From positions 21,266,001 through 21,330,000 of the forward strand of contig OX597842.1 in assembly GCA_951406725.2 (NCBI GenBank): a DNA stretch of 64,000 nucleotides. Direction: 5' to 3'. Each line of letters begins with the position of its first letter. Position 1 is the stretch's first letter. Made by a program: the position numbers and the translations under genes. This stretch comes from Octopus vulgaris. Its lineage: Eukaryota. The notes under the pieces were generated by a model. It did no database searches and had not been told where the DNA came from. It was given only the letters and a program-made list of their open reading frames with translations. Below, in pieces: positions 41,475 through 56,548 of this stretch.

Positions 41475-41769
41475 GTAAGTTGAACCAGTCTTGTTCATAC
41501 TATATTCCTGAGTATATATTTCCTCAAATTTAATATCTTTCCATCTTTCTTTCTTAACCTTCTTTTGCCCTTCTCTAACTCACATTATCTCTCTCTATAT
41601 ATATATGTATGTGAGTGTGTGTGAGTTGAGCGTGTTTGTGTGTGACGATGTGTGTTTACATAAGTCTTTATGTTCTACATCACTGTTTGGTATATTGTGA
41701 AAAGTGCGCGTATAGTCATATGTATATTTATGCTTGAAAATTGTGGATAAATATATAGTCCGTTAATGT

Positions 41770-42815
41770 TACGTCTTTGGCAGGAGATATTAAACAATTC
41801 TGCGACGATATCACGTTGTAATTTTACCTCGATAAATGAGCAAAAGCTACATTTATCAAAGGAAAAACGACAGAAACATCCCGCAGAATGTCATAAAGGA
41901 ATTAGAACCAGCGGAGAGATACATGTACTTATCGCTATTTGAAGTGGACATGATAAAATATTCAGTGATGAGGGAAAGGATCAGAATAGAATATTATCGC
42001 AGGATAAAAGCAATATTCAAGACAGAGCTGAATGCAAGAAACAGGATCGAAGTGATCAGTACTTTTGCTATACCAGGCGTGACTTACAGTTTCAATATCA
42101 TTAACCCAAAGAGAGCTAATGGTACCGATGTTGACAAAGCCATTACCCATCAATGGTTAGTGTCTTCTAGCTTAAACAAACTCAGACACAGACGGATTTA
42201 ATATAGCAGCTCAAGATCAGGGGCTAACTACAAGAAACTACCATATTGAAGAACGGCAGTCACCCAGCATGTCTTGTATGTAAACAACAAAATGAAACCA
42301 TTGATCATGTTGTCTCCATGTGCAGTCTTCTTGTGCATACAGAATATCTCAACAGGCATGATTGAGCAGCACATCATATTCACTGGTTAATTTGCAAAAA
42401 CATAGACGTGCCACATGATACAATCTGTTGGGGACACGAACACCCTCCAGTTCTTGAAGATGATCGCATCTTATCCTCTAGAACTTCGCCACTCAAAGTG
42501 AAAGAAAGATAGATGCGAGTAGACCAGGCATTATATAGAAAAACTACAGGAAAAAACATGCCTCCTCATTTAAAACTGTCCCAATCGACATAAAAGTATC
42601 TGTCAAAACCTACAAAACTGAGCAAGTGTAAAGATCTTGAAAGAGAAATTAGCAAAATGTGGAAGAAAAACAATGCCTGTTGTCATAGTCTCTCGAGGAA
42701 TTATAGCTTAAGGCCTGAATCATACCTATCTCATATATAAGGAAACCCCAAAATGGCAGCAACTCAAAAGATAGCGCTAATCGGAACCGCCCATATCCTA
42801 CGTAAAATACTGTGT
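41770..42815 (+). mobile_element. Decayed RLE-type non-LTR element (R4/Dong-like), intronic; paralogous pieces at 49005-49350 and 57620-59080
   Basis: IAAQDQ.L.TRNY, CLVCKQQNETIDHVVSMC (CCHC), YLNRHD and RP.II motifs. Confidence 0.75.
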
Positions 42816-44649
42816 GTTTAATTTTATGTTTTGAAACAAACTCATATTCTTTGAACATCCTTCATGAAATTCCCGAACACCGCATTTTTTTCCTTATCTT
42901 CCTGCATTTAATTCCGTCGATATATTAAAACTGTTATGGCTAGTCTCTTCTATTATTGAATGTGCTGATATGATTTCTCGCGTCACACCGCATTCTTATG
43001 AGCCGCCACCACAAAAGACTATTTCCATTTGAAGAAAAGAGTGTTGCAATGAATACCTTATATATAGGTCCTCTAGGCTGAAGCTTTGATACCATAAAAT
43101 GATCCACGAATGAGATGTGTATCACCGAATGAAAACAAAGCAATTCTGTCACAATACACTACATGCACCACCCAGAGGCAGATGTAAATAAACTATACGT
43201 CCCACGTGAGGATGTAAGAGTGCGCAGAAGCTTCTGCCACTCTCGTAAAATAAGAGTAACCATAAGGTTAGATGACAAACAAGAAAAGCATAGACTGTTT
43301 ATTAGTATGAAAGTAGTAAGACATACACACCTTTCTTTTTCAGTAATTTCCTAAACCTGTCTTGCCACTTGTCACAGTGAGGTGGTGTGGTGCTACCCAG
43401 ATCAGGTTTTTCATCACATATCTGTGAAACCAAGAAATCCTCCACCCTACTCCAATTCCGTGATGTTTTGCCCTCGTACCGAAAGCCTCGCTAACGCAAC
43501 ATCTAATCACAGAGAACCAAGCTTTCTTTGAGGCTGCTTATGAAGTGCTTCAAATTGTATTTTCGACCCAGGACTACGTTGCTCAGCCTTTTTCACAGGA
43601 AATCGCTTCCTTCTCTTCAAGGAGGATATTGAAATGTCATGTACGGAGAACTTCCAAATGATCCATGGCAGATGCTCTATTTTTAACTCCAGGTCTTAAA
43701 ATTACCGGGAGACATCACATGTCCACTGTAGATAGTCGCCTTTCAGAATCCTTGTTGCTTTCACAAATAGATTATGTGTCACTCCGGTTTAATTTAAACA
43801 CCTTCCCCAGGTTTTTCACTGTCTTCTTGATGATGGATAGTGAGTGACCGCTACTGACTGAGGAATACCTGCTTCTAAGGCCAACTTTGTTGACTGACGA
43901 AGCTGAAACTCATGTAACTCCTAGTCATAAACTACTGAAGTAATTTTAGGATCGTCCATGCCATTATGGCAGATGTTGTGAAGAAAGTTAGGTCAAGACT
44001 ACGACTACAAGTACTCCATCTTCCTTGGTATGACTCAGCTTACAGATGCAGTTTAGTATTCCCCCACTTTTCACTATATTTACTTGGGTGGTGTGGATTT
44101 CTCTCTCACTCCACCCTCACCGTCATTATAAATGGAATTTTAAGGTTTCGATGAGAGTTTGATCGTATTATCTCTCTCTCTTCAACCGTTCTGTATTCTC
44201 CACCACACTACCTCTCTGCTTATAGCCTGTTCGCCTGGTCTTCTTAGTTCCAGTTCATTTGAATGGTTCCAGCAAGCAAAATGTGTTGTAGGTTACTGCG
44301 ATCCAGCCTCTGGAAACAGGACCGAATCCGGCTTCCTTCAGTGCAGGCGCCAACAGTTGGCATTTGACTAACACAAAATTAGGATTTCATTGGAAACGCA
44401 TTTGTTACTCATTCTGTCTGTGATGTACTGTGCAAGCAGGAACCTGTTGTGATTTGATGATTTTGATATGGAATCTTCGGCATTTAGCCTAATTACGGGT
44501 CTCAAATTATTATCAAATACATTTTGTTCGAGTTGTTTCTCAACATTGCCGTGACCCCCACCTTTTATCAGGGCTAAGAATCATCTCGTTCTTCTTCCCT
44601 TTGTTGTAGACACCTGCCATTGCACTCACTGCTATTCATGGCAAATAAT

Positions 44650-45050
44650 TTTAAACTGCGTAAGGCTGATCCTCAAGCCATGGCGACCTCCAACCCGGCA
44701 TCTCGAATACCGCAACAATTTTCCACCATTTGTTGAACGGCGTAGTTTCATTCGAGTGTTGCCGCAAGCCGTCTACGTAGACGGTTAAGAGCTTCACAGT
44801 CAATGGACCAATAACCTCCACAAACTGATGCACGTAGTGTTCCCTAAAGGCCGCAAATATCTGCTTAGAATCGAAGAGAACGCATCTAACCTGATTCATC
44901 AACACTAAATTGTTTTCCGTTGCCACGTTGCACCTACGCTCATTCGCCCATATGTCGGACATTGTCATTAAATCATGCAAAACTGAAAACAATCCTCGTG
45001 TTTACCGTTGGAGAAGCGGACAAGAGTCAATCTTGTCGGTGGCAGCGCCA
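44650..45050 (-). mobile_element. Old L1/Tx1-like fragment; paralog at 60930-61330
   Basis: FAAFREHYVHQF...YVDGL...SPWLEDQPY resembles the region upstream of the RT seen at 63800-64000. Confidence 0.5.
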
Positions 45051-45627
45051 TTTGCAGTGTATTGGGTAGCCCCTTTATTCCCTCTAGAGTGTGTTCCTGT
45101 GTAGAAATATATATAAATTTATATGTATATAATTCATATTTGTGTGTGTGTGTGTATCTGTGTTCCTGAGCTTAAATGTTTTCCCTCACCTCTTCATTTA
45201 CTTATATATAAATTCACATATATTTTTTCTCGTTCATATGGAAAAGTTATTACCTTCCTAATTCTAATTGATTCTTTATAGATCTTTTCACGGTTAAACA
45301 AACAGAAATTGGAATTTATGCTGCAACATTCAAAATTTTAATCAAGTTGAATTTAAATTTACATAGGACGTAGATTTCGTGAATATCAATGTTAATATTA
45401 AAACTAGCGAAATCATAATACTCTATCATTAGTTTAAACGAAGTGCATTTAAAGAACGGTTTAAATGCAACAAAATTTATAGTTTGAATTCCGTGTTATA
45501 TAGAGTTTTGCATTTAAACGGAGGGGAAACTATCTAAATTTATTTATAAATAAATAAATAGGTAGCGATGAAATGACTTAAGGTCACCAAGAAAAATGGA
45601 CACACAAGCATGAAATATATATATATA

Positions 45628-46213
45628 TACAACTTATAAACAAGGGCAAAAGAAAGAGAATTCAATGCCAAATATGCCGAAATAGACTTAATCGTCAATA
45701 ACCATATAATTTATCACTATACGCACGCGTCTCGAAAGCAAGTTGATAGAAATTTCCTACAAAATTTCGTTCTTATCGGATCGATCCCCATTTCTGAGTT
45801 AATTCATTTAGAATTTTCTCGTCATCAGCGATAAATACGATAAGAAAATAAATGAGATACTTACTTGTACCTATGGAAGAAGTAAACACTAAGTCATGTG
45901 CACACTTAAGTACCCCAAATATATCCAAACTAGAAATTCCGCAGCATACCTCGAGGCTCGTGTGAACGGACTGGAAATTCTCTTGGAGAATTCTATTATC
46001 GTATTTATCGCTGATGACGAGAAAATTCTAAATGAATTAACTCAGAAATTGGGATCGATCCGATAATAACGAAATTTGTTTTCGAAAATTCTATCGGCTT
46101 GCTTTCGAGACGCGAGCTTATAGTGATAAATTATATGGTTATTGACGATTAAGTCTATTTCGGCATATTTGGCATTGGATTATTTTTCTTTTGTCCTTGT
46201 TTATAAGTTGTTT
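45628..46213. mobile_element. Foldback/MITE-like element with about 220-bp inverted arms
   Basis: 45628-45848 is the reverse complement of about 45995-46213; the paralog at 61930-62275 has lost the right arm. Confidence 0.75.
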
Positions 46214-46584
46214 GTAAATTTAACCTTTAAAGGCATTTTTTTAATGTGCTGGCCATTGATAACATTTTTTCGAATATTTTATCCTATATTAGATGTAAAT
46301 TTAATACTATTCACTTCCGGACTCTCTCACTCTATGAGAACTTTCAGTCCGATCACACCTGTCTCGAGGTATGCTCTGGAAGTTAGTGTTTTAACCTCCT
46401 ATATATTGAATGATTGCACTATTGTGGTCGTTAAGGTTTTACTTTCATATCATACTACGGAAGACGGTAGAGATTATAATTTTTGTATGATTGAAAAGAT
46501 TTCACGCTGTTTAGTTACGTACTTAGGAGTTGTAATTTACTTATTGAATTATCTATTGATACGGTTATACATAGGGTAAATGTG

Positions 46585-46925
46585 AAGGCGCATGGCTCAG
46601 TGGTTAGAGCGTCTAGCTTACGATCGTGAGATTGTGAGCTCGAATCCCGGACCGGGCTGCGTGTTGTGTTCTTGAGCAAAACACTTTATTTCACGTTGCT
46701 CCAGTTCACTCAGCTGTAGAAATGAGTTGCGACGTCACTGGTTCCAAGCTGTATCGATCCTTGTCTTTCCCTTGGATAACACTGGTGGCGTGGAGAGGGG
46801 AGACCGGTATGCATGGGCGACTGCTGGTCTTCCATAAACAACCTTGCCCGGACTTGTGTCTAGGAGGGTAACTTTCTAGGTGCAATCCCATGGTCATTCA
46901 TGACCGAAGGGGGTCTTTACCTTTT
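46585..46925 (+). mobile_element. tRNA-derived SINE with 8-bp TSD
   Basis: ggcgcatggctcagtggttagagcg...gagctcgaatccc head; TSD taaatgtg at 46577-46584 and 46926-46933; empty site at about 62375. Confidence 0.9.
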
Positions 46926-47124
46926 TAAATGTGGTTGAATTTTGTGGTTTCTTTGATTTCCCATACAACACCTATTTTAGTGATGTTCACACTGCCGGAA
47001 TGAAGGCTAGTGACCAGGTGTCGAAACCATAATGGTAACCGTGGGGTAGCTGATGATATAGGTATGTTGGATTGTTGCTATGGTTGTGGAATAGTATTAT
47101 ATCACAGATCCTTTTAATATATAG

Positions 47125-47169
<45 letters not shown>

Positions 47170-47993
47170 TGTGTGTGCTTGCGTGTTTGTGTGTCGGTAG
47201 ATTAAATTTACGAGAAAATAAAAGTCGAAAACAGGTGTTAGATTCAACGCTCGGGAAATTGAGAAATTCTTTTACTTTCGAGCCTATGCTCCTCAACAGA
47301 AAGAGAAAGGAGAACATGAACAAAAAGTGATTAAAAATCTTGTCGATTTACGGATCAAGGAAGGCAACTGGTTAGGAAAAACATAGCTTGATGGGAGATA
47401 ATAAACAAATGGTGATCCCAAAACAATGGTGCACGTGCGGTGGTGTATGTAAGAATGTGCAATTGTGTGTGTGTGTGTTGATAGGGGCAATTGACTATGG
47501 CGTGTGGATGTATGCGTGCGTAGCTGTGTGCGTGCGTAGCTGTGTGCGTCTGTAGTGTGTGGGTGTGTGGATGATTGTGTATGGGTGTGTAGATGATGTT
47601 TTTTTGTCTGGGTGTTGGAAAGTGGTTGGTGCTAGTGCTAGCACAAGCACAGACACACAAATATAGACAGATTTATGTATGTATTTGTGTTCCCTCAAGA
47701 TCACCTAATAACCAATGTTGGTGTTACACACCATGTAACTTAGTGGTTCGGCAAAAGGCACCGAGGTAATAAGTGCTAGTCTTTCAACAAATAAGTGCTG
47801 GGTTCGATTAGTTCGAATAAAGGCTCTAGCATGGCCATTGTCAAATTACTGAAAAAAGTACGTGTATAAACGTGTTACATACACACACACACACATATAT
47901 ATATAGACACACAAATATATACCTATATATATTGGTATATGTGTGTATGTGTTTACGTATCCGTCTGGCGACCGATAGATGTATTGATAAAGT

Positions 47994-48046
<53 letters not shown>

Positions 48047-48640
48047 GTAGATAGATAGATAGATAGATATATACATGTCTCCAGTTCTAATTTAGTTTTC
48101 TTTACCATTTTATCTCATATATCAATAATAGCTCGTCGTTAATTTTATTCCTATTCTCATCCTTCTCTTTTGTTATAGTTTCAACTTTGTATTTCAGCGT
48201 CATCCTCCTCATCATCATTCCAAATATTAAGAGAACCATCAGTAACTATTGTCATAATCATCGTCTGCGTCCTCGTAGAGGTCGTCAACATCATCGTCAT
48301 TATGATCATCCTCATCATCACCATCATCATCATTCTTATCAGTCATAATCTAGAACCACAGGCTCAATGCCATCAGACCAAAACAACTTCATCACTACCA
48401 AATCCGTCACCGTCAATGCCCTCATCATAAAAATTATCGCTTTCATCATCACTTAACACAATGCCATACATCTTCATTATTATCTTCATAATCTTCACTT
48501 ATCATTTTCATAATCGTCTTCACCAAATTGTCTCACTTCTACTTATTTTTCTTCTATTTCAGCAGCTAATTCATTGGACATAATATTTGAAATATATGAC
48601 TAATCACTTCTATGTTTTTTCTTCATGAATTATCTTTCAG

Positions 48641-48712
48641 AGATCTATCCTATAATGCAATCGAGAAAATTGAAAATGGATCGTTTGGAAATCTTTCCAG
48701 CTTAGGCATTTT
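48641..48712 (+). CDS. LRR exon 2 (72 nt): LDLSYNAIEKIENGSFGNLSSLGI
   Basis: tatctttcag / gtaagt, phase 2/2. Confidence 0.92.
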
Positions 48713-49354
48713 GTAAGTTGAACCAGGCTTGTTCATACTATATTCCTGAGTATATATTTCCTCAAATTTAATATCTTTCCATCTTTCTTTCTTAACCTTC
48801 TTTTGCCCTTCTCTAACTCACATTATCTCTCTCTATATATATATGTATGTGAGTGTGTGTGAGTTGATCGTGTTTGTGTGTGACGATGTGCTTTTACATA
48901 AGTCTTTGTGTTCTACATCACTGTTTGGTATATTGTGAAAAGTGCGTATATAGTCATACGTATATTTATGCCTGAAATGTGTGGATAAATATATAGTCCT
49001 TCAACGATTCTACCTGCCAAGAAAAGAGGGTGGCCATAACATTTCCAATTGGAATTAACAATTGACCGAAACACCTACCTAAACAACTCTCACTGGATAT
49101 TAAGACTTGTCTCAAAGCACGAAAACAAGAAGGTGTCATACAAAGTAATAAAGCATGCAAACAAATATATAAACGAATTCCAAATACAACAAATCCCAGA
49201 GTTAGACGTACTAGAAACAAGCTCAGAAAAAGCTAAGCGAATGAAAGTACATGCAAAGAATCTGACTTTGATATTCTTACAGATATATGACAAAGAAAAC
49301 ATCTCAATGGCAAATACCCAAAGAGAGCTAATGGTTCCGATGTTGACAAAGCCT

Positions 49355-49875
49355 GGTGACATCTGCCACGTGAATATAGACATCGATACAGGAATTTTCT
49401 GAGATGCTATCAGCCTTTTCCAAAGCTTCACCACTTCACCCAAGACATAATACGAGACGTCCAGTGAGACGGTGAATCCCTTAGCCGTGATAGGTCCACC
49501 ATTGTCGACGAACATTGGAAAGCGCTCCAGAAAAGCTACTAATATCTGCTTGAAATCAATGAACACTCGCCTTTAGTGATTCATCAAAAGTCAAATTTTA
49601 GTTTCTTGATCTGATGCAGCTCCATCATTGGACCAATCAAGCGACTGATGGCAGCTTTGCTTTCACCCAGCTTTTATCGCATTTACTTGGACGGTGTAAA
49701 GTACATCTCCGGCAACCGTCATATTCCTTTTCAAACGGAGTTTTAAACATTCGATGAGATTCTGGTAGAAGTGTCTGTCTCCAATAGTTTCCATGTTCTC
49801 CGCCAAATACCTCTCCCTACTGTCTGTTTGTCAGCTCTTCTTTGTTCCCGTTCATCTAAAAGTTTCCAACAGGTG
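49355..49875 (-). mobile_element. Old L1/Tx1-like 3' fragment
   Basis: IWRRTWK...LKLRLKRNM...SWVK resembles a Tx1-type C-terminus; weak. Confidence 0.4.
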
Positions 49876-49925
49876 ACCGTTTGCATACATACATGCATGT
49901 GTACATACATACATACATACATACA

Positions 49926-49961
<36 letters not shown>

Positions 49962-49981
49962 TACATACATACATATATGTA

Positions 49982-50012
<31 letters not shown>

Positions 50013-50121
50013 GGAGAGAGAGAGAGAGGGAAAGAGAGAGGGGGAGAGATGAGTGTATTTTTCCCTTGTTAACAATTGACACGGATAAATAGATAAATAA
50101 TTACCAGGGTAGCAAATAAGT

Positions 50122-50177
<56 letters not shown>

Positions 50178-50180
<3 letters not shown>

Positions 50181-51340
50181 ATAAACTTAGATAAACTTAG
50201 ATATGTTTCGACCAAAGATTGGTCCAGGCCATGTCTAACTTAATGGCACCACTTGATAGGATTATCAACATCCTGTTTAAGTCTAGGTTTGTTTATGGTC
50301 CATTCAAGTTGTGGGGTTTTTGTTGAGTGAGTTGTATCCAGGTATGGGTGGCTTATCTGGTATTCCTTGAAGAAATCTGTCCAGACTCCGTTTAAAGTTG
50401 ATGGGATCCTTTTCCTCTTTGATCTCTTCCGGCACAATGTTAAACAGGGCAGGGCCTGTTGAGGAAAAGAAATTATGTTGCAGTGAATCTATATACTGTG
50501 ATCCTGAGTTGGGCAGGGGACGTGGTCCCAGCCTTGGATGAACCTTGAAAGTAATGCTCAGCTCGTTTGGGCAAAGTTGGCGGTATATTCTCCACATCGT
50601 ACAGATGATGTACCGCTCACGGCGACACTGGAGAGAGTAGAGGCTTTCAATTCGTTTAGTGAATGCCTTCTGGGGTGATTGAATCTTCGAGATGTTTTTT
50701 CTTGTATGGGGAGACCACAGTGGGCAGCAGTATTCGAGTTTAGCCGTACAAAGGAGGTGAAAAGTGGTATGATGACACCTTGTTCTCCGGACCGGAAGGT
50801 TCTTAAGATCCAGGAGCTCATCCTACGAGCTATATCGACCTAATTGTTGAAGTGGGCACTCCAACTGAGATTGTCATCAACAATTACGCCCAGGTTTCTG
50901 ATATTGTTAGAGGCTGTGAGCGGTTCCCCTGAAGGAAGAGAATATGGCTGTTTTAGTGTGGACTTTCTTCCAAAATGTATCAGCTCAAATTTTCCCTCGT
51001 TCAGTTGAATTTTGATTTTGTCTGCCCTTTGACTCACAGCATATAGATCAGACTGGAGTTGAGTTCGGTCCGCTTCTTCATTGACGATTTGCTGGAGCTT
51101 AGTGTCATCAGCAAATATTTTCCCGTTGCGGTAATGTACGACACTGGAAAGGTCATTTCTGTGAATTATAAAGAGGAGCGGGCCCAAGAGAGTCTGGTGA
51201 CTTTTGCTGGGCTTGAGTGGACTCCATTGACTACAACATGTTGTGTTCTATTCGCTAGGAAATACTTAATCCAGTGCAGAGGTTTTGCACGGATTCCAAC
51301 ATTTGCCAATTTTGAGAGTAGGATCATTCGAAAATCTACC
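50178..51340 (-). mobile_element. CR1/L2-group LINE RT and 3' end
   Basis: GPLLFII, IFADDTKL, LGVIVDDNLSW, FKRSLDRFL; short tandem tail (aaacttagat)2. Confidence 0.88.
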
Positions 51341-52658
51341 CAGATTATGGGATTTGTAAGATGGATCAGTCTCGCTGATACATTTTTGTTGACTATATTT
51401 CTAAATATTTAATGTATCCCCATCTTTCTTTCTCGTCCTTCTTTTTAACATTCCCTAAGTCGCATCCTCTTGCTATGTGTGTGTGGGAATGTGTGAAGGT
51501 GCTTGAGAATATGAATGTTTGCGGTTGACATCATTGTTTCATATTATGCATGTGATTGAGGCGGCGTGCTGGTAGATGTGTAATCACGCTGGACAAAATC
51601 TTGAGCTGCATTTCGTCCGCTTTTGATTGCTGAGTTCAAATTCAACCGAGGTCGACTTCACCATTTATCTATATTTAATCGATGATTCGACATAATCAGT
51701 TAGCACCCTCCGCCAGCATTCCAGGACGTGTGCCTATGATAGGAAGGATATTATATAAGTGTTGGCATGTGCATATCTATCTTTCTGTCGCCGGATAATT
51801 ATTCATTCCTTTCATTTCCTTCATTATCTTTTCCTTTACTGTTTTCCTATTGAATTAGAAATACTAAGCAGAACATAATGCATTTGTTTTATGCTTCCAA
51901 AGAATTTGACTGTTTACCGTCAGAAACACATTGGAATCAGAGGACGAGTTGGAGAAAAGTTTGCATTTAGCAGAATCATGCATCTGACACTTTTAAAAAT
52001 GTCCTCCTCCTCTAGGTCTTTCTCAGAAACCCCATTACACCTGTTTTGCTTACCCGTTGCAGTAGTCATCTACAGAAAGATCCTCGAATATGACTAGCAT
52101 ATGTCAGAATAAATCGTGTCAGGATGATGGTGACATCTACTTAGGGCGTCCCTTCATCGATTTTCGAAATTCCGCAGCTGCTTTGCTCTTTTGTTGAACA
52201 GCGTATCTTCACTCGAATGTCGCGGCAAGCCATCCTGGTAGACAATAAAGCACATCCCCGACTATGAGCTACTGTGTTCCACAAAGAGCTGCGCGAAGTG
52301 TTCCTTAAAAGCCGAAAACATCTGTATAAGCTAAAGTAGCAGACAACTCAACCGATTATAGCCCCAGGAGGACATCTTCTCCACTTGGCTAATGACACAC
52401 TGTCTGTGTCTGATTAGTATTTGCGGAAGGAAAAAACCATTGCCATCTCTAGCCTTACGTGATATACACACACCCGCGTTTCGATAACGAGTTACTACCC
52501 AGAAATCAGGGCCTGTGTTTATTACGTAACACCAGAGACGGGAACCATGATATTAGTTCGCAAATAGAAGTAAGACACAAGTGGTGTGTCGCTTTGGCAG
52601 CTAGTGGAGATGTTATCCCGGAGCTATAAGCAACAGTCGCATTATCCCCTATGGGACC

Positions 52659-52696
<38 letters not shown>

Positions 52697-52924
52697 CGCC
52701 ATGGCTCTTAGGAGCACAGTTCGATTTGTTTTTTGCTCCGCCTCTGTTCTGTTTTTGTTTTTCCAACGGATTTCCTTCTTTCTTCCTGAAGAGAAAGACA
52801 CAATATGGTCCCATTATTCAATCGGATTTTGGTAATTTGTGCCTTTCGAAACACGTGTAGAATGAAATAAAACGATTTCTGTTCAATCTGCGTTCAGCTC
52901 CATTTCTTCAATTCATCAATAATG

Positions 52925-52990
<66 letters not shown>

Positions 52991-53392
52991 TTCACAATAT
53001 ATACATGTGTATTTCACTTCATAATTTTCTTGTAATCTCCGCTTCAAATTCTATTTTTTGTACTTCTTTTATTTCATTGTCGTCATAAGCATCATGGCCA
53101 TGAACAAGACCATCACCGTCCTCAACACCACATCCGTTATCATCTCATTATCATCATCATAAACGACATCATCATTAGCATCATCTTCACCATCAGTCAA
53201 CTTCGTCACAAATCATCATTATCAATATCATCATAACCTTGACTTCTCATTATCTTCATCTTCATCTAATTTTTGCACTCCTACTTCCTTTTCTTCTACA
53301 TCTACATCCAGTTGATTAGACATATGCGTATTTAAAATTGCGTGACTAATCATTTTTATACCATTTCTCACCAATTCTCTTTCAACTTACAG

Positions 53393-53464
53393 AAAACTAA
53401 TCAATAATACAATCGCGATTATTGAACATGGATCGTTCGAGGGTCTCACCAATTTAATGACGTT
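53393..53464 (+). CDS. LRR exon 3 (72 nt, more diverged): LKLINNTIAIIEHGSFEGLTNLMT
   Basis: ttcaacttacag acceptor, gtaagt donor, phase 2/2, same tgactaatca branch-point motif upstream. Confidence 0.9.
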
Positions 53465-53999
53465 GTAAGTTTGATCTTCCTGATATTATTAATCTAATTG
53501 TATGTTTCTACATATAATGTCTTCCCTTCTATCTTCGCTCTCTCTTTCATCTTTTCTAACAGACGTTCACTTTGTCTGTGTGTGTTTGTGTGTGATTGTG
53601 TGTGTGTATGTGTATGTGTGTGTGTGTGTGTGTGTGCGCGCGGGCATGAAAATGATTAAGGATATGAGTGTTTTTGGTTTAAATTTGTTATATGATTTAT
53701 ACAAATTAATGTGAACAACGTAACATGTAACAATTAACGATTAAAGATAAAATTCCCCAATACGGGGAAAAGCCACGTAGGACGACCAAGGTGATCCAGA
53801 GATTCAGATCTAACTATATTCGACAATTAGGCGCCAGTAATTAGAAGTAGAATACACATCCAGGTGCATTCCTCCTGTATGATAAGTAAATTGAAACATC
53901 CTATGGCAGAATTCAGGAAAATTAAGACATTTTGACAACAAACGATACATATAGAGACAGTTGCGTTTATTAGATTTCACATTATAAAGCCTACTCTTT

Positions 54000-54400
54000 C
54001 TCTCTCTTTTACTTGTTTCAGTCATTTGACTGCGGCCATGCTGGAGCACCGCCTTTAATCGAGCAACTCGACCCCGGGACTTATTCTTTGTAAGCCCAGT
54101 ACTTATTCTATCGGTCTCTTTTTTGCCGAACCGCTAAGTGACGGGGATGTAAACACACCAGCATCGGTTGTCAAGCGATGCTAGGGGGACAAACACAGAC
54201 ACACAAACACACACATATATATATATATATATATACGACAGGCTTCTTTCAGTTTCCGTCTACCAAATCCACTCACAAGGCATTGGTCGGCCCGGGGCTA
54301 TAGCAGAAGACACTTGCCCAAGATGCCACGCAGTGGGACTGAACCCGGAACCATGTGGTTGGTTAGCAAGCTACTTACCACACAGCCACTCCTGCGCCTA
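54000..54400 (-). mobile_element. SINE family A
   Basis: Matches family consensus. Confidence 0.9.
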
Positions 54401-54652
54401 CAATTGTTTATATTTTATTAACATTGATAAAATCTTCAGTATACAGATGTAGCGGGAGCAATATATAAGGTTGGTAACAAAGATGCAAACACAATGTTAC
54501 AATGCTTATATACACATACATATATCTATACATAAATAAAAAATATGACGAATCTGAATTGTAAACTGAATTTCGTTGCACTCAAAAACATTTTTGTAAT
54601 TGTAGACAGAGAGGCAGATTTAAACATGCAGACTCTCACTGTCTCTCTCTCG

Positions 54653-54689
<37 letters not shown>

Positions 54690-54907
54690 GAACACACACG
54701 AACACACACGCACACACACACATACACAACCACAACACAATTTATAGTCATACACATGCTCACATACATATATATGTAAATATACATGTGTCACAAACAT
54801 ATATATATTATATATACACACGCAAATATATATACACATGTTCACAGACATATAGACAAACATAAATATATATATAGACGTATATATGTATATATAGATA
54901 CATACAT

Positions 54908-54990
<83 letters not shown>

Positions 54991-56019
54991 AAATACCCCG
55001 TCAAATGAACGGTGCTAAGTTGTCAAACATTTAAACCAAATTTTCTCAGACAACTTGTCTGACCGTCCCATAAATCTTCCCTTTGAGAAACACTGATTTA
55101 ATCTAAAGTTGAGACACCAGCAGAAGTAGAAATAAAGATAGAAGTATTCTCTATTCTGAGAAAAACGATTTTACAACTGCACGTTCCCACGGCTTTATCG
55201 ATCGCATTCTTACCTAGAATCAATTTTTGTAATTTTTTCAAGATTTATGCACGCCCTGATAGTGTCGGTATCTTCATATCTATTTTGAGTGCAATCGGAT
55301 GGAGGATGCCCAAGATCATAGAAGACGCACACACACATACAGACAGAACGGATTTTATATAATAGACAAAAAAATTTTTTTGGGGGTTTGTCCATTCATA
55401 ATAAATGAAAATAATAAGTTCGACTGTAGGGTAACTTCTTCAAGGAGTATATCTATGGAGGGACACCGGATTACGTCCACGCAGGATGCTTCACCTCAGA
55501 CTGTAAAGGGAGGTAACTAAATTGAGTTTGGCAAATTTGTTTGTCACTCAACAGTAGTTGAAAAAGAAAATAGAAAATTGATGGACTGTGTATGAAATAT
55601 GCATGCTTGGTGTTAAGGGAAGCAACTCTTATCAGCGCCATATTGTCGATTGTGCAACTAAAGAAAAACGATTTCACACGGCTTTATCGATCGCATTCTC
55701 ATCTGGAATCGATTCTTGTAATTTTTTCAAGACTTATACACGCCCTGATACCGTCGGTATCTACATATCAAATTTGAGTGCATTTGGATGGAGGATGTCG
55801 GAGATCTGAGAAGACACACACACACATACACACGCACCCACACACGCATACATACTTTCATATACGTGTGTTCGTCTTTGAGTTTCTTTATGTGCCAGTT
55901 GAACAAAACAGTGTGGTTTTTCAGTTTGCTGGAAATAACAGCCAAACCTCTCTCATACTATGGCCTTAATAGTTTTAATGGTTTTGATTTTGTTCGGATC
56001 TATGAATTTTATTATTATT

Positions 56020-56261
56020 TTAGCACAAACACAGACACACAAATATAGACAGATTTATGTATGTATTTGTGTTCCCTCAAGATCACCTAATAACCAATGT
56101 TGGTGTTACTCACACTGTAACTTAGTGGTTCGGCAAAAGATACCAAGAGAATAAGTGCTAGTCTTTCACCAAATAAATAATGCTGGGCTCGATTGGTTCG
56201 AATAAAGGCTCTAGCATGGCCATTGTCATATTACTGAAAAAAGTACATGTATAAACGTGTT

Positions 56262-56334
<73 letters not shown>

Positions 56335-56457
56335 GACACACACACAAATATATACATATATATATATATTGTATATGTGTGTATGTGTTTACCTATCTGT
56401 CTGGCGATTGATAGATATATTGGTAAAGTGATAGATAGATAGATTGATAGATGGATG

Positions 56458-56500
<43 letters not shown>

Positions 56501-56501
56501 G

Positions 56502-56548
<47 letters not shown>

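Noticed and set aside
46587-46660. tRNA gene
   Set aside because: It is the tRNA-derived head of a SINE with body, tail and TSD; the same applies at 9865-9937.
50190-50245. Hammerhead at ...gaccaatctttggtcGAAAC (minus strand)
   Set aside because: No CUGANGA box; better explained as the 3' stem-loop of the CR1/L2 element.
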